Assembly: GCA_031276865.1 (NCBI GenBank)
Contig: JAISMF010000065.1
Location: 32,379-96,378, forward strand
Origin: Deltaproteobacteria bacterium
GTDB lineage: Bacteria > Desulfobacterota > Desulfarculia > Adiutricales > Adiutricaceae
DNA length: 64,000 bases
Direction of reading: 5' to 3'
The notes beneath the pieces are model-generated. The model saw only the letters and a list, made by a program, of their open reading frames with translations. It ran no database searches and was not told the origin of the DNA. This document shows, piece after piece, positions 52,116 to 62,209 of this stretch; position 1 is the first letter of the stretch, and each line of letters opens with the position of its first letter. The translations under genes were made by a program, and so were the position numbers.

Positions 52116-53619
52116 AAACGGTGTTTTTCCTTCGGACGGGCCGGGCCGTAGGGCGGCTGAGGCGGATAAGAGGGGGAAAGGGGCCGATGAAAGGGAGAAA
52201 CGTTCCGGAAAGGCCACAGCTCCGGCTCAACCGGTCATCCTTTGCGAAATAACGCGGACGCTCTTTATTTCGACGCCCATCCTGAAGGGCGCCTTCCGCC
52301 GGGAACCCTAAGCGCCGCCCCCTTTCACAAGCGCCCTTTTCCCGCCCGAAGGCGGCGAAAACGCCGGAAGGCCGCCAGGACGGCGCCGGATCCCGCGGGA
52401 AAAGAGGAAAGCCGCCGGAGCCGGCGGAGGCGCTTAAAAAAAAGCCATCCCGGGAAAGACCCCGCGTGAAGGGAACGATGCTGGAAAAAGGAGGAAAAAG
52501 CACGATTCCTAACTTCGAAATCGGCGATCGGTCCCGGAGATGGCGTTCCAGAGCCCGGGGAAAGCCGGGCGAATTCGTTTGGAGCCCTCGGGGGCTCTTG
52601 ATTGGCATCTATCTTAACTTAAAGAGCGTCTCTTTGCCAGTTTTCGCGGACCTTCCGCTTTTCCGCCCCGCCCCGAGGCCTCCGAAGAGCTCAGGAAATA
52701 TAGACGAAACGCGCCTCCCTTCCCGTCTGGCGCTCAAAATCCAACGCGTTTTCTCAAAAACCCATGCGGGGCGGATCCGGGCTCGCCCCCGCTCTAAAGA
52801 CCCCGGGTTGAGGACCTTTTCAATTTTAAGGCGGTTTTTACGCTCTTTCCCTCTGACAAAGCCTTCCCCGGCCTTGTTAATCGTCACCATACGCGCAATA
52901 ATAAATAGCGTAACGGCCTCTCGGGGCTGTTGTTTCCGCGCTTCCCCACCGGGGCCGCGAAAGTTCGCCGAAAGTCCTTAGGGACGCGTCCCGCGGCGAA
53001 ATTCGCGGCGAAACGCGAAAAAGCCGCGAAAGGGAAAAGGCCGAAAGGCGGCCCGGTATTCCCGAATTTATTTTTTTGGGTTTTTTTTTGGCTTCCGGAC
53101 CTCTTTTCCGGTCGTGAAAACATTTTTTTCATTTTTTTCAGCCTGGTTTCGGGGCTGGTTCCGCCAAATTCGCCAGGGCGTTGAGGCTTCCGGAAGCCCG
53201 CCTTGACCGCGAAAGATGGTATTCTTAGCTTAATAAAATACTATATATCACAGCTCACCCCTTTAGAGCGGAAAATGAAAAATTTGGGGCATCTTTCGCA
53301 TATTTAGGCTTAAGTGGAGTTTCTGATAAAATAAGTTAAAAAAAACACCCAATAGTTGAAAAATTCGCTTGCATTTCTCTAATGAATGTGATAAATCATT
53401 GTAGTTCAAGGAGTTAAGCGCTCACATATACGGCGTACCGGCGTGAAGGGCGGCCCATAAAAAGCCCGGCCGACCCGGCCCGCGAGGCCTTTTCCGGAGC
53501 CTACCGGGTCCCCGACCCGCCGCTCCGGCCCCATTTCTGAAAATCACCCCCAAGGACGCGCCGGATATCCGCCCGGGCATGACCCGGACCACACGATTTA
53601 GTGGAGAGGCTGGATTTAG

Positions 53620-54138
53620 ATGACGATGAACAATAATGCTGTGGAGGTCTACCGCTACCATTTAGTCCCCGGCGGCGTCTTCTCCTCCAACAACCAGGCC
53701 ATGATTTCCGCGGTGCTGGGCACCTGCGTGGCGGTCTGCCTCCATGACCGCCGCCTGAAAATCGGCGGCATGAACCACTTCCTCTACCCCAAAAGGGGAT
53801 TTTTCGGCTCGCCGTCGGCTGAATACGGCGATTACGCCATTCAGCAGCTCATAACCAAACTCATCCGCATGGGAAGCCGCATGGAGGATCTGGAAGCCCA
53901 GATCTTCGGCGGGGCGTCCGTGCCGGGAGCCAGGGATTCCAAAACGGGCGGAAAGAATGTCAACATAGCCAGAAAAATCCTCAAAAAGAAGGGCATTCCC
54001 GTGGTGTCCGAGGACGTGGGCGGCCTCAAGGGACGTCGGCTCATTTTCCACACCGGAACCAACGAGGCCATCGTCATGAAGACCCACCGGGTGAGAAGGG
54101 GCGACTACTACCCCTACCGCCAGCGCCTGGAAAACTGA
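53620..54138 (+). CDS. cheD: Chemoreceptor glutamine deamidase CheD
   Basis: VLGTCVAVCLHD, KIGGMNHFLYP, FGGASV, GGKNVNIARKIL, DVGGLKGRRLIFHTGTNE match the CheD family pattern. Confidence 0.8.
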   Translation: MTMNNNAVEVYRYHLVPGGVFSSNNQAMISAVLGTCVAVCLHDRRLKIGGMNHFLYPKRGFFGSPSAEYGDYAIQQLITKLIRMGSRMEDLEAQIFGGASVPGARDSKTGGKNVNIARKILKKKGIPVVSEDVGGLKGRRLIFHTGTNEAIVMKTHRVRRGDYYPYRQRLEN

Positions 54139-54916
54139 TTCACCCCGCCGTTACGTCTTTTCCGGCCGCTGAAGGCTTCGTCGGACGCTTTGGTGCGTCC
54201 GGAAAAAGCCCGGCTCAGTTCGCTCGGGGTCCCGGCTCGAAAACAGGAATGCGAAAAAAATACCCGGAAAAATTTCCGGAAGCTTTGTTTTTTTTAAGCC
54301 CGCTTAAACAATCTTCGCTGTCGGGGTGTTCAAACCGCGCCTGATTTATAAATCTCCTCCGCTCTCCATTCCTCATCCTTTTTCACGCTCCAGCTGGAAT
54401 TCCTTCCGGCTGGAGCGGCTCGCCCCCACCGCGCCCTCCCGCTTCAACGGCTTCTCTTATTTCCGTTTTTATGTTATTTTTCCGTTAGCGATGCGGAAGC
54501 TTTCCCGGTTTTAAACGCCCGGACCTAAAATCATCTTTTCCGGCCCTTGGCTTCAAGGCCGCTTTACCGCTTTACCACTAATCCGCGCTTGAGGCGAAAC
54601 CACTTTAACCGTTTGGAAGCCTCTCTTCCATCCGCCTCTCAAGTTAATTTTTCCCCGTCCGGCTTTATTAGCCCGGCTTCGGCTTCACGACTTTACAGCT
54701 TCAATTTTTAGTTTTTTTCGCCTTTTTCGTTTTTTTCACTTCTATATTTTAAATTCACCTATAATTATTTCCTTAAACGCCAAAAATCATCATCTTTTAA
54801 AATTTTCTTCGCGGATCTCAATTCCACGGGTAGCTCGAAACGCCGTGGGCCGCGGACTAACAAACCATTATTTCGCGCTTAAAACCAACGTTTAAAAAAA
54901 CGACCAAAAACATGCC

Positions 54917-56113
54917 ATGAATTATGATCTAATGACGATGATCCGCGACCGGCTCTGGCCCCTTTTGAACATGAATCAGAAGAAAATAATGGCGGCTATT
55001 TTCGCCCTGGAAGCCGGCCCCGGAAAAGCCCAAACCATTGTGAATTTTATAAAATTAGACGCGAAAGCCATCTCGGAGGGCGTGCGTGAATATAACAAGA
55101 AATACTTCACGCCGCCGAGGCTGATTCTGCACGCCCCCCACGCGCCCTTCAAGGAATACGTCGACCCCGATTACATCTCCGATTTCCGCGCTTTCGTGGA
55201 GGAAACAGTGATCGCGGACAGACGTCCGGACCGCCGGAAGGATAAAACCCGAAGGCGACAATCAGGAGCCAGTTTTTATCCCGGTAATTTCCTCGATCAG
55301 GAAAGCTTTAATCGGATCTTGGAATTTTTAGGCCACCATTCCATACCGCCGGAGGTAGCGGAAAGGGTTGGAGAAAATATCGTAATCATAGATTTACAGG
55401 TTAATGCCGCGTTACAATTTATTCAAAATAATTTCGCCAATAAGGACCTTATTTTTTATGTAAACATTAAAAAAAAGAAAATCTCCGGCATCTTAGGCGC
55501 CTCAGGAAGGAATATCCTTTCCGGCGCTTCGCCCGGAGCGGCTTCCGGAGAGGGACGTCCCTCGCCGGAGTCTCCCCATGATTATCCGTACGGCATCTTC
55601 GATATACCCGCCGATACGGATCACGCCTACGTTGGAGAATTCCACGACGTCTGGTCTTTCACAATCGCTTCCATCAAAGGATGGTGGTTCAAGCGGGGAA
55701 CGAAGATCTTCGACGGCAGCCCGCCTCGCACCAACATAGTCGTCAACAACGCCAAAGGGGACGCTTTCAAAACGAAGCAGAGCATGCTGGAGGTTCAGAA
55801 CTTCGCCGACGAGATCCAAGGCGAAGTGATGATTAAAATACTTCCGCCCAACATGGGGTCCGTCACGCGCGGAGCTAAAAGACTCTTCACGATCAACGCC
55901 GGCGACGGGAAAACCGGATATGAAACCAAAGTGGATTTTATCGGAGAACCCGAGATGGGGAAACTTGTGACGATATTTAACAAGCCGTCTAAAACTGTCG
56001 TCGCGGTGGGCCGCGAGGTCTCAGACGCGGAAACCGTCTGGCTCAACATGAAAACAATTCCTTTTTTCGATACCTGGAATTACGCCATGTCGCCCATCCC
56101 GAAGAGCTCTTGA
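54917..56113 (+). CDS. ISAzo13-family (DDE_Tnp_ISAZ013) transposase homolog, apparently catalytically degenerate
   Basis: Colinear with my recollection of the family pattern: PYGIFD, VGEFHD..F...SIKGWW, ILPP, FFDTWNYAMSP versus PYGVYD, VGIDHDTA.FA..SIRRWW, HLPPGTSKWNKIEHRLF, FHGEWNYTI.P. No terminal inverted repeats recognised. Confidence 0.55.
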   Translation: MNYDLMTMIRDRLWPLLNMNQKKIMAAIFALEAGPGKAQTIVNFIKLDAKAISEGVREYNKKYFTPPRLILHAPHAPFKEYVDPDYISDFRAFVEETVIADRRPDRRKDKTRRRQSGASFYPGNFLDQESFNRILEFLGHHSIPPEVAERVGENIVIIDLQVNAALQFIQNNFANKDLIFYVNIKKKKISGILGASGRNILSGASPGAASGEGRPSPESPHDYPYGIFDIPADTDHAYVGEFHDVWSFTIASIKGWWFKRGTKIFDGSPPRTNIVVNNAKGDAFKTKQSMLEVQNFADEIQGEVMIKILPPNMGSVTRGAKRLFTINAGDGKTGYETKVDFIGEPEMGKLVTIFNKPSKTVVAVGREVSDAETVWLNMKTIPFFDTWNYAMSPIPKSS

Positions 56114-56502
56114 GATCCATCGCTTCTCCGGTCCCGTAAAGACGCCTCCCTTTCGAAACCCGACCGAAGGACCCGTCGCCTTTACGGAATTCATTTTCAC
56201 GAAGGGAAACGCCAAGCCCCGCCGGGACCCATTCCGTTTCCTCGATAACCCGAAAATCCCGACCAAACGCTTCAAACAAAAGGCCGCCCGTCCTGGTGAA
56301 AGAACGGGCGGCCGTAATATTTGACGAGCTGAGAACGCCGGCGAGCCCGTGAGCCGCAGAGCCGGTGAGCCACAGAGCCGGACTTTTAGCCGGCTCTTCG
56401 GCTCAACTTATCAAAAAAGGCCTTACGGACGGAATAAGCCACCCGGAACGCTTCCGCCCGGAGCCGGACGGATTTACTCCGAATACCGATGGCTTAACCA
56501 GG

Positions 56503-56597
56503 GAGCCGGACGGAACAACCTAATGGCCCCGGACGGAACAACCTAAAGGCCCCGGACGGAACAACCCGGAGTAAGGCGCCCGGACGGATCGACCCGG
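56503..56597. repeat. 21-24-nt tandem repeat GCCCCGGACGGAACAACCTAA x4 (degenerate)
   Basis: Read directly. Confidence 0.8.
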
Positions 56598-56718
56598 GGG
56601 TCCCGCGCGGATCGGCGAGGGGCGCGGGGGATTTTCGGGCGGGGCCCTTATGGCGGAAGGTCGCCGGCGCCAGGCCCGCCGCCCCCCCCCGAAGGGGCTT
56701 CAAGCGGGGCGGGCGGCT

Positions 56719-57459
56719 TTACAGAGACCGCAGGGAGCCCACCGATCCCAAAGACACCTCGATCTTCGCCTCTTTGGAGGGGCTTAGCGGAGTGTAGAAC
56801 CGCTGGGCGCTCACCTCCTCCCCCTCTTCCAGGACCAGAAAGTCGTCTTCCCGATAGGGACCGTCCAGAAGGGCCTGGAAATAGCTCAGATCCGCCTTCA
56901 GCTCCATGTACTCCTTATTAAAGACCCGGCAGTTCTCCCTGGTCCTCTCCCTTAAGCGCTTCAGATCCCCCACCCCGTTGTTTATCAGGCAGACGTATTT
57001 GTAGTTGGCTATCTCCATGGCCATGCCTTTCAAGGCCCTCTTCTCCCCCATTTTGGGGGCGTAGACCATTAGAGCCGTGGACAAGGGGTCGCCGGCGTTC
57101 CGGTTCCAGCCGTCGGAGAGGTACATGACGCCCGGATTTTTGGAGAAGACCTCCATGTAGCGGGCCGGGGAGCCTAGGAGCATGGCTATGCAGTCGTGGC
57201 ACCTGGGCACGACCAGCTCACCCGGGGATCTGAGCCCCACCGTGCCGTTGGAGCAGAGGCCGTAGCCCATGGCCACCTTGCGGCAGCCGCCCCGCCTAAG
57301 CGCGGAGACGGCCTCGTTTAGGTTTTCGGGCATGGTTTTGGGAACGGAGTGCAAGGCGTAGTCCATAATCTTCAGGGGGATGTCCCTGTCGCCTATCACC
57401 CTTTCCAGTTCGGAGCGCACAACGTCGCAGGCGACTACGCCGAATTCACGAAAACTCAC
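56719..57459 (-). CDS. DUF1638-like protein (GTG start)
   Basis: 246 aa. MGYGLCSNG and PRCHDCIAMLLGS segments resemble the DUF1638 family as I recall it. Confidence 0.5.
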   Translation of the reverse strand: MSFREFGVVACDVVRSELERVIGDRDIPLKIMDYALHSVPKTMPENLNEAVSALRRGGCRKVAMGYGLCSNGTVGLRSPGELVVPRCHDCIAMLLGSPARYMEVFSKNPGVMYLSDGWNRNAGDPLSTALMVYAPKMGEKRALKGMAMEIANYKYVCLINNGVGDLKRLRERTRENCRVFNKEYMELKADLSYFQALLDGPYREDDFLVLEEGEEVSAQRFYTPLSPSKEAKIEVSLGSVGSLRSL

Positions 57460-58460
57460 GGGGGCCCCCCTTCGTTTTCCGGCCTTGGCCGGGTGGCTAA
57501 AATAAACCCTGGATCCGCCTAAAACCCCGCTTTAATCCTTTTTAAACGGATTAAAGCGGAAAGAAGGCGATTCAAAGGCGATCCTGGCGGGAGGCCCGCG
57601 AAGCCGCCCCTTAGGGAGCGGGTTCTTTATCGGCGCCCGACTTTCAGGGAGACGGAAGCGCCTCCTTGGAAGATTCGGTTGCCGGAGCGAAGCGATCGTC
57701 CTATCCGCCGAAGGCCGGGCGCCCTCCGCCTCACCCTCTTTTTTGGAAAAATAAGCGCTTGTTTGACGGAAATTCCGGTCTTTTTCCGATCGGCTCGAAG
57801 CGAAGGCCCGGGGCGAAGCGCCCGGGGAAAACGGCGCCGGGACGGGAAAAGCCTGATTCAAGCTAACAGCGGAGCGCGTTTTTGTCAACTTCCGTCAATA
57901 CGAAGGGCCCGCTAATATTCCCTTGATATAGGGGAGCTTGGGTGCTAACATGTCATAAATAGTGCCACTCCGAAAAAACTTCGGAAGACCGCGAACTTTC
58001 CGGCGGAGCGCTCCCTCGGCTCTCTCGGTTCTTTCGCCCCCCTTAAGAAGCCTCCGAAAAGATCGGACTTCCCCCGGAGGGGGACTTTAAAAAGCGGACT
58101 TATTTAAAGGGGCTTCCTTCCGGACGGGACGCCCTGTCCAGGGGCCTCCCGACGGCCCCCTTTCCGGGGAAGGGCTCCAGCGCCTTCCGGAATCTTTCGC
58201 GGCTTTAGAAAAACGCGGTTTTTCGGGCGCGGTTCGACTTCTTTTCAAGGCCGCCGGTTTTATTTCAAAAAAAGCTCCTTTTCTTTTTACGAACGCCCGT
58301 TTTTTTCCGACCTCGCCGCTTTCTTTCCCCGTCCGGCCGGATCTTTCCGGAGGTCCGCGAAGTCCCGGCGGACGCTTCCGGCGTCCGGCCGGAACCTCCG
58401 GACGCCGGAGCCGTCCCCGTCTTTTTCCACCATCCCACCTTAAATAGACTTGAGGGTTTT

Positions 58461-59642
58461 ATGGCCAAGGCCGACAAACATAAAAAAACCAAAGAAACTC
58501 AGACCCATTCCACCGAGGACGCCCGGGACAAGGCTCTGTCCGACGCCGTCTCCCAGATCGAGAAAAGCTTCGGCAAGGGGGCCATCATGCGGCTGGGCAC
58601 GGGCGAGCAGGAGAAGGTGCCGGTCATCTCCACCGGCTCCATCACCCTGGACGCCGCCCTGGGCATCGGCGGCATTCCCCGGGGCCGCATCATAGAGGTC
58701 TACGGCCCCGAGTCCAGCGGCAAGACCACCCTGGCCCTGCACATAGTGGCCGAGGCCCAGAAGGCGAAAAACGCCCAGGGCCAGAACGGGGTGGCGGCCT
58801 ACATCGACGCCGAGCACGCCCTGGACACCTCGTACGCGAGACGCCTGGGCGTGAACACCGACGAGCTCCTCATAAGCCAGCCAGACCACGGGGAGCAGGC
58901 CCTGGACATCGCCGAGATCCTCGTGCGCAGCGGATCGGTGGATCTAATCGTCATCGACTCCGTGGCCGCTTTGGTTCCGGAGGCTGAGATCCAGGGCGAC
59001 ATGGGCGACTCCCACGTGGGGCTCCAGGCCAGGCTCATGAGCCAGGCGTTGCGGAAGCTCACCAGCTCCATCCACCGCTCCATGTGCTCGGTCATCTTCA
59101 TCAACCAGCTGCGCATGAAGATAGGCCCCATGGCCTACGGCAATCCCGAGGTCACCACCGGCGGTAACGCCTTGAAATTCTACGCCACCATGCGTATCGA
59201 GATCCGCCGCTCCATCGCCATCAAAAACTCCAGCGATCAGCGCATCGGAAACGAGACCAAGGTCAAGGTGGTGAAAAACAAGATGGCCCCCCCCTTCAAG
59301 GAGGCGATCTTCGAAATCTATTACGGCCGGGGCATCAGCCACGAGGCCGAGCTCCTGGACTTAGGTTCCTCTCTGGAAATCGTGGACAAGAGCGGCGCCT
59401 GGTACGCCTACCAGGGCGAGCGGATCGGCCAGGGAAAGGAGAAGGCCATCGCCTTCCTCCAGACCCACCCCCAGATCGCCAAGGAGATCGAGGAGAAGCT
59501 GAAATCGGCCTACGGCATCATCCCCGAGAAGATCGCCGAGGCCGAGGCCCAGATCCGCTTCGACTCCCCGCCGCAGGAGGACGACGACCTGGTGGAAGAG
59601 GAGCTCCCCCCGGACATCCAGGAGGCCGTCTCGGAGGCCTGA
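58461..59642 (+). CDS. recA: Recombinase RecA with ~20-aa basic N-terminal and acidic C-terminal extensions
   Basis: [15 protein letters not shown], Walker [39 protein letters not shown]. Confidence 0.95.
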   Translation: MAKADKHKKTKETQTHSTEDARDKALSDAVSQIEKSFGKGAIMRLGTGEQEKVPVISTGSITLDAALGIGGIPRGRIIEVYGPESSGKTTLALHIVAEAQKAKNAQGQNGVAAYIDAEHALDTSYARRLGVNTDELLISQPDHGEQALDIAEILVRSGSVDLIVIDSVAALVPEAEIQGDMGDSHVGLQARLMSQALRKLTSSIHRSMCSVIFINQLRMKIGPMAYGNPEVTTGGNALKFYATMRIEIRRSIAIKNSSDQRIGNETKVKVVKNKMAPPFKEAIFEIYYGRGISHEAELLDLGSSLEIVDKSGAWYAYQGERIGQGKEKAIAFLQTHPQIAKEIEEKLKSAYGIIPEKIAEAEAQIRFDSPPQEDDDLVEEELPPDIQEAVSEA

Positions 59643-59732
59643 GCCAACGCTCCGGAAAGCTTCCGGACGCTATCGGCGGGAGAAGCCGCAAGACGGCCTC
59701 TCGAAGTTCGCTTTTCATCATCGTTCTTTTTC

Positions 59733-59764
59733 CAGACAGGCGCCCGCGGGCGCCTGTCTGTTTT
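59733..59764 (+). terminator. recA intrinsic terminator
   Basis: cagacaggcgcc-cgcg-ggcgcctgtctg, 12-bp stem followed by TTTT. Confidence 0.75.
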
Positions 59765-60056
59765 CCGGCGCGACTATCGCTCGACTAATTTATTTTCTTC
59801 ATTTTACGCTAAATCCGCAGGTAAGCGCCACCCGGCCGCGGGGAACCACCGAGGCGCCTCTCCGACCCTAAAGAATCGAAGCAAGGGGCGTTCGCCAGTT
59901 TCGCGGGTTTTCAAACCCAATATATTCATTTCTCTCTTTCTCTCTTTTTCTCTTTATCTTTTTTCTCTCTCTTCCTTTCTTCCTCTCTACATCTCTTTTT
60001 CCTTCACCATCTTCTTCTCTCTTTTCTCTTCAGCGCTTTTTATCATCATTTTTTTC

Positions 60057-60087
60057 CAGACAGGCGCCACAAGCGCCTGTCTGTTTT
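60057..60087 (+). terminator. Second, near-identical copy of the recA terminator hairpin inside the module array
   Basis: cagacaggcgc-cacaa-gcgcctgtctg followed by TTTT. Preceded by the same catcat...ttttt context as copy 1. Confidence 0.6.
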
Positions 60088-62209
60088 CCGGCGCTTCCGT
60101 CTTTCGGCGCGGCTGTCTTTCGACTGATTTATTTTCTTCATTTTACCGCAAATTCGAGGAAAAGCGCTACCCGGCCGCGGAAGCCACCGAGTCGCCCCGC
60201 CGACCCTAAAGAATCCACTCAAGGGACGTTCGTCACTTTCGCGGTTTTTCAATCCCTCATAATTCTTTTTCTCTCTTTCTCTTTTTTATCTTTTTTCACC
60301 TCTCCCTCTCCCTCTTTCTTTCACCGCTTCCCAACTTCCTCTCATTCTTTCTTCCTTTATTATTTCATTTATTCCTTATCTTTCTTTCTTACTTTTATTC
60401 CCTCTCTCGCTCTTTCGCCGCGTCAAACTTTGTAAGCGGCCATGACACTTTTTCACCTCCAAATCTTTTCAGCCACTTCCGACTAATTTATTTTCTTCAT
60501 TTTACTGGCATTTAAAATTAAATGCCGTCCCGGACGGCGGGCGCCGCCTAGGCGCCGCCATAGACTCGAAAGGCCCTCCTCGACGGGCGTCCGCCAGTTT
60601 TCCGCTGTTCAACCCCCCTTTTTCTCCACCTCTCCGCCGCGCCCTAATTCTCCCATTCGTTTACTTTCCCGAACAACATCCCTCCCATTCCGCCTCTTCC
60701 CTATTCTTCATCTCTCTCTTTCCTCTCTTCCTCTATTTCCTCCCTTTTCGTCTCTTTATCACTCCTTTTCGCTCTTTTCAACTCTCTAATGGTCGGAGTC
60801 GATTTTATAGTCGCGACCCTTTCAACAGTTTCCCACGATTTTATTTTCTTCATTTTACTGTATATTATAAAAATTACGCCATCCCTCCGCAGAGATCTTC
60901 CGGCGGCGAAGCCGAGCGAGAAGACTGTTTTCAGGGAGCATCCTCATGGTGAACGCGTCTTTTCCCGGCCTTCGGCTTTTCCGCTGTTTTAGCTTTTTCC
61001 CCTTTTTCTATTTTTTTAGTTTCAGCCGTTTTTTTTGGTTTTCTATCATTTATATTCTACCGTCCTCTCATTCTCGCTATTTCTCCCTTTCCATCTTAAA
61101 ACCCTTTTCGTTCTCGATGCCGCCGGGCTTAATTTATGGTTCCCGCTCTTTTAGCTCCGCCGACAGATTTATTTTCTTCATTTTACTGTAAATTTTTGCA
61201 AAATGAGCTTCCAGCCGAAGGGAGCGCCCCGAAGCGGGGATGGCCTCTATGAGAAAACGCCTCCTGTTTTCAACGTTTTTTAGCCGCTTCGGCTTTTGAT
61301 TTTTTTCCGTTCCGTTAATTTTTCTGTTTTAAAACTCTATTGTATTCTTACTCTCGGACGCCATCACTCTCTCTCCAGGCCTCAATCCTCGAGACGCTTT
61401 TTCTCCTCTTCGAAGCGGCCAGGGTTGTTTGAACGGCTCATGGCGATTTTCTCACTAAAAATATTTTCTTGATTTTACTGTAATTAAATAAAGCGCTTAG
61501 TGCCGGAGGTCTCCACCGATCGGCCTTCCTGGTCCGCGGAGACCATCCACGTCGGGCGGCCGCGAGGTTTCTTCTTGACTTGTTTTATCCGTTTTTTGGG
61601 CTTTTTTCGGATTTTTCGTTTTTTCGCTTGTTTTGGTTTTTCGCTTTTTTCGCTATTTTGAGATTATTTTTGCGTTGTTTTCTATAACTCTCTATTTTAT
61701 TTTTTTCTCTCATTTTTGCGATTTTTTGGCATTTTTGTTATTTACTCGCTTTTTCGCCTTTTTCTCTCTTACTCTCTCTTCGCTCTCTTCGCTCATCCGC
61801 TCTTTTCCCTCGTTTCTTCTTACCTCTCTTCCCGCTCCTTCCACCACCTCCGCCTCTTTCCTTTATTCCCTTATTCCAAAGCGAATCTTCTTCCGGCTCT
61901 TTCCGGATTTCCCGCCCTGTCGGCTTTCGGCCGCCCGAGCGGCCCGGCCCGCTCTTCCGTTCCGGCCTGGGCCTTGATTTCCCAATCCAGGTTCTTGACG
62001 CTTGTTCTAGAGGCCGGGGTCTTCAATAAGGAAAAAGAGGCCCTCCGGCCGCGCCGGAGTCTTTTTCCCGGAAGCGCCGCTCTTGGTATATAATCAAGTG
62101 TCGAATTCCTTCTTTCCGGACCGGGTTCCGGCCGGAAGAGGGGTCGCCCTTCGGGCGCTCCCGGCGCCGTAGCGCTTCCGGGATTCACGACTCTTTCAGG
62201 TGCGCAGGT

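Larger units (their letters stand above)
59715..61900 (+). repeat. Array of six co-oriented ~290-360-bp modules: invariant core, ~100-nt GC-rich segment, 100-340-nt polypyrimidine (C/T) tract
   Basis: Core TTATTTTCTTCATTTTAC is identical in five copies (within 59782-59807, 60121-60146, 60480-60505, 60836-60858, 61161-61186) and 16/18 in a sixth (61451-61478). Core-to-core spacing is 339, 359, 353, 328, 292 bp. Confidence 0.9.

Noticed and set aside
49680-53619. ORFs in the spacers around the FIST gene (50492-50728, 52108-52608, 52466-52981, 52884-53184, 53422-53661) and the 34-aa N-terminal extension of the FIST ORF (52116-52217)
   Set aside because: Arg/Pro/Gly-rich junk translations with several overlapping frames. 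The FIST homology begins at MHKALIAYTEE, which has an upstream aagga.
58200-58460. LexA/SOS box upstream of recA
   Set aside because: I could not recognise any of the known LexA motifs (CTGT-N8-ACAG, GGTT-N10-AACC type, TTAC-N3-GTAA) in the 260 bp before the start. The lineage-specific motif is unknown, so this is inconclusive.
59782-61478. CRISPR-like array, or a mini-ORF (minus strand ATG AAG AAA ATA AAT TAG) within the 18-nt core
   Set aside because: Unit spacing of ~290-360 bp is far too long for CRISPR. The 5-codon mini-ORF has no SD, is not conserved in length between copies (TAG is replaced by CAG or CTG in copies 2 and 5), and resembles MKK starts only by A-richness.
60046-62188. ORFs 60046-60252(-), 60789-60992, 60946-61191, 61633-61977, 61716-62093 and 61871-62188(-) in the module array
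   Set aside because: Their Phe/Ser/Leu/Pro-rich translations come from stop-free polypyrimidine tracts. Frames overlap, and there is no SD or family resemblance.
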